Below, piece after piece: positions 60,965 to 64,000 of a stretch of DNA of 64,000 nucleotides (its first letter is position 1; each line of letters begins with the position of its first letter). A program made the position numbers and the translations under genes. The stretch comes from Clostridia bacterium (GTDB taxonomy: Bacteria; Bacillota; Clostridia; Christensenellales; CAG-138). The stretch is taken from positions 150 through 64,149 of the forward strand of contig JAEDIC010000008.1 of assembly GCA_016292635.1 (NCBI GenBank), read 5' to 3'. The notes under the pieces were generated by a model. The model saw nothing but the letters and a program-made list of their open reading frames with translations, did not search any database and was not told where the DNA came from.

Positions 60965-62335
60965 ATGGATTACGAAGCCATCAAAAAAGCGGCACAAGCT
61001 TACATCCCCGACATGACCAAATTCCTCAGGGACCTTATTGCCATCCCCAGCGAAAGCTGCGACGAAGAGGGCGTAGTTAGGCGTACCATCGAGGAAATGA
61101 ACAAGCTGGGCTTTGACAAGGCCGAGATTGACCCCCTGGGCAACGCCCTTGGCTGGATGGGCGACGGCGAAAAGATCATCGCTTTCGACGGTCATATCGA
61201 TACCGTTGGCATCGGCAACATCGCCAACTGGGAACACGACCCCTACGAGGGCTACGAGACCGATGAGATCATCTACGGTCGCGGCGGCTCCGACCAGGAA
61301 GGCGGCGTGGTATCCGCAGTTTATGGCGCAAAGATAATGAAGGACCTTGGCCTCATTCCCGATGGCTACAAGATCCTGGTAGTTGCTTCCGTACAGGAAG
61401 AGGACTGCGACGGTATGTGCTGGCAGTATATCTACAACGAGGACAAGATTGTTCCCGAATTCGTAGTATCCACCGAGCCTACCGACGGCGGCATCTATCG
61501 CGGTCATCGCGGACGTATGGAGATCCGCGTTGACGTTAAGGGCGTATCCTGCCACGGTTCCGCTCCCGAGCGCGGCGACAACGCTATTTACAAGATGGCG
61601 GACATCCTTCAGGAAGTTCGTGCCCTTAACGAGAACGACGCCGAGGAAGGCACCGAGATCAAGGGCCTCGTAAAGATGCTGGACGCCAAGTACAATCCCG
61701 AACACTGGGAAGATGCACGCTTCCTGGGCCGCGGCACCATTGCTGCCTCTCAGATATTCTATACCTCTCCTTCCCGCTGCGCCGTTGCGGACTCCTGTGC
61801 CGTGTCTCTTGACCGCCGCATGACCGCCGGTGAAACCTGGGATTCCTGCCTTGAGGAGATACGCAACCTGCCCGCCTGCAAGAAGTACGGCGACGATGTA
61901 AAGGTCTCCATGTATATGTACGACCGTCCCGCATGGACAGGCCTGGTATACGAGACCGAGTGCTATTTCCCCACCTGGATCAACAAGGAGACCGCCGCTC
62001 ACGTTCAGGCTCTGGCAGATGCCCACAAGGCTCTCTTTGGCGAAGAGCGCATAGGCGCACCCTCCTCCATGGATAAGCGTCATCGCCCCCTGATCGACAA
62101 GTGGACCTTCTCCACCAACGGCGTTTCCATCCAGGGACGTTACGGCATCCCCTGCGTAGGCTTCGGCCCTGGCGCAGAGAGCCAGGCTCATGCCCCCAAC
62201 GAGATCACCTGGAAGCAGGATCTTGCCACCTGCGCAGCGCTGTATGCGCTTGTTCCCTCCATGTACAAGGCTGAGAACAAGACCGATGACGTTTGCCAGT
62301 TCCGTGCCGGCAAGACTAACAACGACATCCGCTGA
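60965..62335 (+). CDS. ygeY: YgeY family M20 peptidase/hydrolase (selenium-metabolism-linked cluster type, 456 aa)
   Basis: M20 motifs ([22 protein letters not shown]). Overall YgeY-like N-terminus. Immediately followed by ygeW. Confidence 0.9.
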   Translation: MDYEAIKKAAQAYIPDMTKFLRDLIAIPSESCDEEGVVRRTIEEMNKLGFDKAEIDPLGNALGWMGDGEKIIAFDGHIDTVGIGNIANWEHDPYEGYETDEIIYGRGGSDQEGGVVSAVYGAKIMKDLGLIPDGYKILVVASVQEEDCDGMCWQYIYNEDKIVPEFVVSTEPTDGGIYRGHRGRMEIRVDVKGVSCHGSAPERGDNAIYKMADILQEVRALNENDAEEGTEIKGLVKMLDAKYNPEHWEDARFLGRGTIAASQIFYTSPSRCAVADSCAVSLDRRMTAGETWDSCLEEIRNLPACKKYGDDVKVSMYMYDRPAWTGLVYETECYFPTWINKETAAHVQALADAHKALFGEERIGAPSSMDKRHRPLIDKWTFSTNGVSIQGRYGIPCVGFGPGAESQAHAPNEITWKQDLATCAALYALVPSMYKAENKTDDVCQFRAGKTNNDIR

Positions 62336-62365
62336 TTTAAATTTAAAAATATTTGGAGGAAAAAT

Positions 62366-63562
62366 ATGAGCAACGTTAAGCAGTTTACCGATAAGCTGGA
62401 TAAGCTGAATTTTGAAAATATGTATGAAGGCGACTTCTTCCTTACCTGGGAGAAGAGCCGTGAAGAGCTAGAAGCTGTATTCACCGTAGCCGACGCCCTG
62501 CGTCATCTGCGTGAGAACAACATCTCCACCAAGATATTCGACAGCGGCCTTGGCATCAGCCTTTTCCGCGATAATTCCACCCGCACCCGTTTCTCATTTG
62601 CCTCCGCATGCAACCTGCTGGGCCTTGAGGTACAGGATCTGGACGAGGGCAAGAGCCAGATAGCCCACGGCGAGACCGTTCGCGAAACTGCCAACATGAT
62701 CGCCTTCATGGCTGACGTTATCGGTATTCGTGACGATATGTACATCGGCAAGGGCAATACCTATATGCACAACGTGGTTGACGCCGTTACCGATGGTCAC
62801 AAGGCCGGCGTTCTGGAGCAGAAGCCCACTCTGGTTAACCTCCAGTGCGACATCGACCATCCCACTCAGGCTATGGCAGACGCTCTGCATCTTATCAACC
62901 TCTACGGCGGCGTGGAGAACCTTAAGGGCAAGAAGATAGCCATGACCTGGGCATACTCCCCCAGCTACGGCAAGCCCCTGTCCGTACCCCAGGGCATCAT
63001 TGGCCTGATGACCCGTCTGGGCATGGATGTTACTCTCGCCTATCCCGAGGGATACGAAGTAATGGACGAAGTTGTGGAAGTTGCCAAGAAGAACGCTGCC
63101 GAGCAGGGCGGTAAGTTCGAGATCACCAACTCCATGGCTGAAGCCTTCAAGGATGCCGACGTTGTATATCCCAAGAGCTGGGCTCCCTTCAAGGCCATGG
63201 AAGAGCGTACCGAGCTTTACGGCAAGGGCGACATGGACGGAATAAAGGCTCTGGAGAAGAGGTTGCTTGCCCAGAACGCCGAGCACAAGGATTGGGAGTG
63301 CACCGAAGAGATGATGGCTCTCACCAAGGACGGCAAGGCCATGTATATGCACTGCCTGCCCGCCGACATCACCGATGTTTCCTGCAAGGAAGGCGAAGTA
63401 GCCGCTTCCGTATTCGATCGTTATCGCGATCCTCTCTACAAGGAAGCTTCCTACAAGCCCTACATCATCGCTGCCATGATATTCCTGGCCAAGGTAAAGG
63501 ATCCTTCTGCAAAGCTCAAGGAGCTTGAGGAGAACGCCAAGAAGCGCCAGAACATCGACTAA
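62366..63562 (+). CDS. ygeW: YgeW-type knotted carbamoyltransferase (398 aa)
   Basis: STRTRFSF carbamoyl-phosphate motif and HCLPA. The extended N-terminus and ~400-aa length are typical of YgeW rather than ArgF/PyrB. Confidence 0.9.
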   Translation: MSNVKQFTDKLDKLNFENMYEGDFFLTWEKSREELEAVFTVADALRHLRENNISTKIFDSGLGISLFRDNSTRTRFSFASACNLLGLEVQDLDEGKSQIAHGETVRETANMIAFMADVIGIRDDMYIGKGNTYMHNVVDAVTDGHKAGVLEQKPTLVNLQCDIDHPTQAMADALHLINLYGGVENLKGKKIAMTWAYSPSYGKPLSVPQGIIGLMTRLGMDVTLAYPEGYEVMDEVVEVAKKNAAEQGGKFEITNSMAEAFKDADVVYPKSWAPFKAMEERTELYGKGDMDGIKALEKRLLAQNAEHKDWECTEEMMALTKDGKAMYMHCLPADITDVSCKEGEVAASVFDRYRDPLYKEASYKPYIIAAMIFLAKVKDPSAKLKELEENAKKRQNID

Positions 63563-63581
63563 TTAAGTTAAAAACACATAG

Positions 63582-63613
63582 CGCCGGGGAGGAAAACTTC
63601 CCCGGTGTTTTTA
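63582..63613 (+). terminator. Intrinsic terminator after ygeW
   Basis: CGCCGGGGA-ggaaaact-TCCCCGGTG followed by TTTTTATGTTTTT. Confidence 0.75.
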
Positions 63614-63684
63614 TGTTTTTCACCCTATTGTTTCGCTTCGCATACTTTTGGGAATAATAAGCCCCAAAAAAGGAGCGTGATACA

Positions 63685-64000
63685 GTGATAAACCGAAACA
63701 GAACATATCAGGCCGCTTTGCTTGGACTGGCGCTGCTGATGCTTGGCATAGGCGCAGGATACAGCATAGGAAAGGAGCAGCCGCCTGAGGAGGCCATAGA
63801 GGTGCGGGAACTTGCGGCGGAAATGCCGGCCCCCGTAACGGCGGAGGAGAGCTTTGCCATAACAACGGTGAACATATTCAGCTGCGGCCACATACTGGAG
63901 CGGCAGGAGGGGGAGACGGTTAACACATCCCATGCGGAGCAGGCCATGGAGCGCTACGGCGGATATAACTTTGAACTTAAGGATGGGGTTATGGCCCTGT
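63685..64000 (+). CDS. 5' part of a membrane-anchored protein of unknown function (open to the window end)
   Basis: GTG at 63685 is 9 nt after AAGGAG (63670-63675). Sequence: (M)INRNRTYQAALLGLALLMLGIGAGYS..., a TM anchor followed by 105 stop-free codons to the window edge. It is absent from the ORF track because there is no stop codon. Confidence 0.45.
   Translation, partial: MINRNRTYQAALLGLALLMLGIGAGYSIGKEQPPEEAIEVRELAAEMPAPVTAEESFAITTVNIFSCGHILERQEGETVNTSHAEQAMERYGGYNFELKDGVMAL

Noticed and set aside
1-64000. Searched by eye for rRNA, tRNA, tmRNA/RNase P-like genes, CRISPR arrays, IS/transposase, integrase, phage or toxin-antitoxin modules, and riboswitch/T-box leaders.
   Set aside because: None was recognised. 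Intergenic regions are short and are explained by promoters and terminators, except for the repeat element and the spacers listed in the findings. A covariance-model scan would still be needed to exclude small structured RNAs.

Overview
This window looks like a core-chromosome segment of a spore-forming member of the Clostridia. That taxon call is an inference from gene content (spoVAC-AD-AE, ylxY-like, sepF, divIVA, mreBCD) and GGAGG-type ribosome-binding sites. I can support about 52 protein-coding genes, about 20 intrinsic terminator hairpins, about a dozen sigma-A-like promoters and two copies of a structured ~170-200-nt intergenic repeat. I saw no rRNA, tRNA, CRISPR array, transposase, integrase or phage genes. 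Gene order from left to right: GNAT; hemolysin-III; a macro-HTH + vWA pair; MFS; a translational-GTPase-NYN fusion + YlmH-like gene; a TAXI-TRAP transporter (binding protein, DUF1850, fused permease); pnp, ylxY-like, M16 peptidase, HlyD-like, yggS, sepF, short divIVA; a 2547-aa cyclic beta-1,2-glucan-synthase-like giant; ygiQ; tandem-PII + DUF1538; spoVAC-AD-AE; VanW; ECF S-component + coaX; Dabb, uvrB, uvrA; rex; maf; mreB-mreC-mreD-PBP2; MarR + C_GCAxxG_C_C; glgP; DUF937; a membrane protein; MBL hydrolase + GNAT; an orphan ACP; SDR; D-aminoacylase; ygeY-ygeW. The most noteworthy observations are: (1) an EF-G/TetM-like GTPase fused to a Rae1/YacP-type NYN nuclease and translationally coupled to a YlmH-like S4 protein, which is a candidate ribosome-targeted mRNA surveillance or rescue module; (2) a multi-hairpin repeat that sits directly after gene terminators in the orientation of the upstream gene, with one copy flanked by a duplicated 28-nt terminator; (3) a macro-HTH/cytoplasmic-vWA gene pair; (4) a forespore-sigma-like promoter driving a 45-codon ORF that overlaps spoVAC; (5) several small ORFs below the 60-aa cut-off of the ORF track. 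All functional calls rest on my own motif and family recognition. No database search was run.
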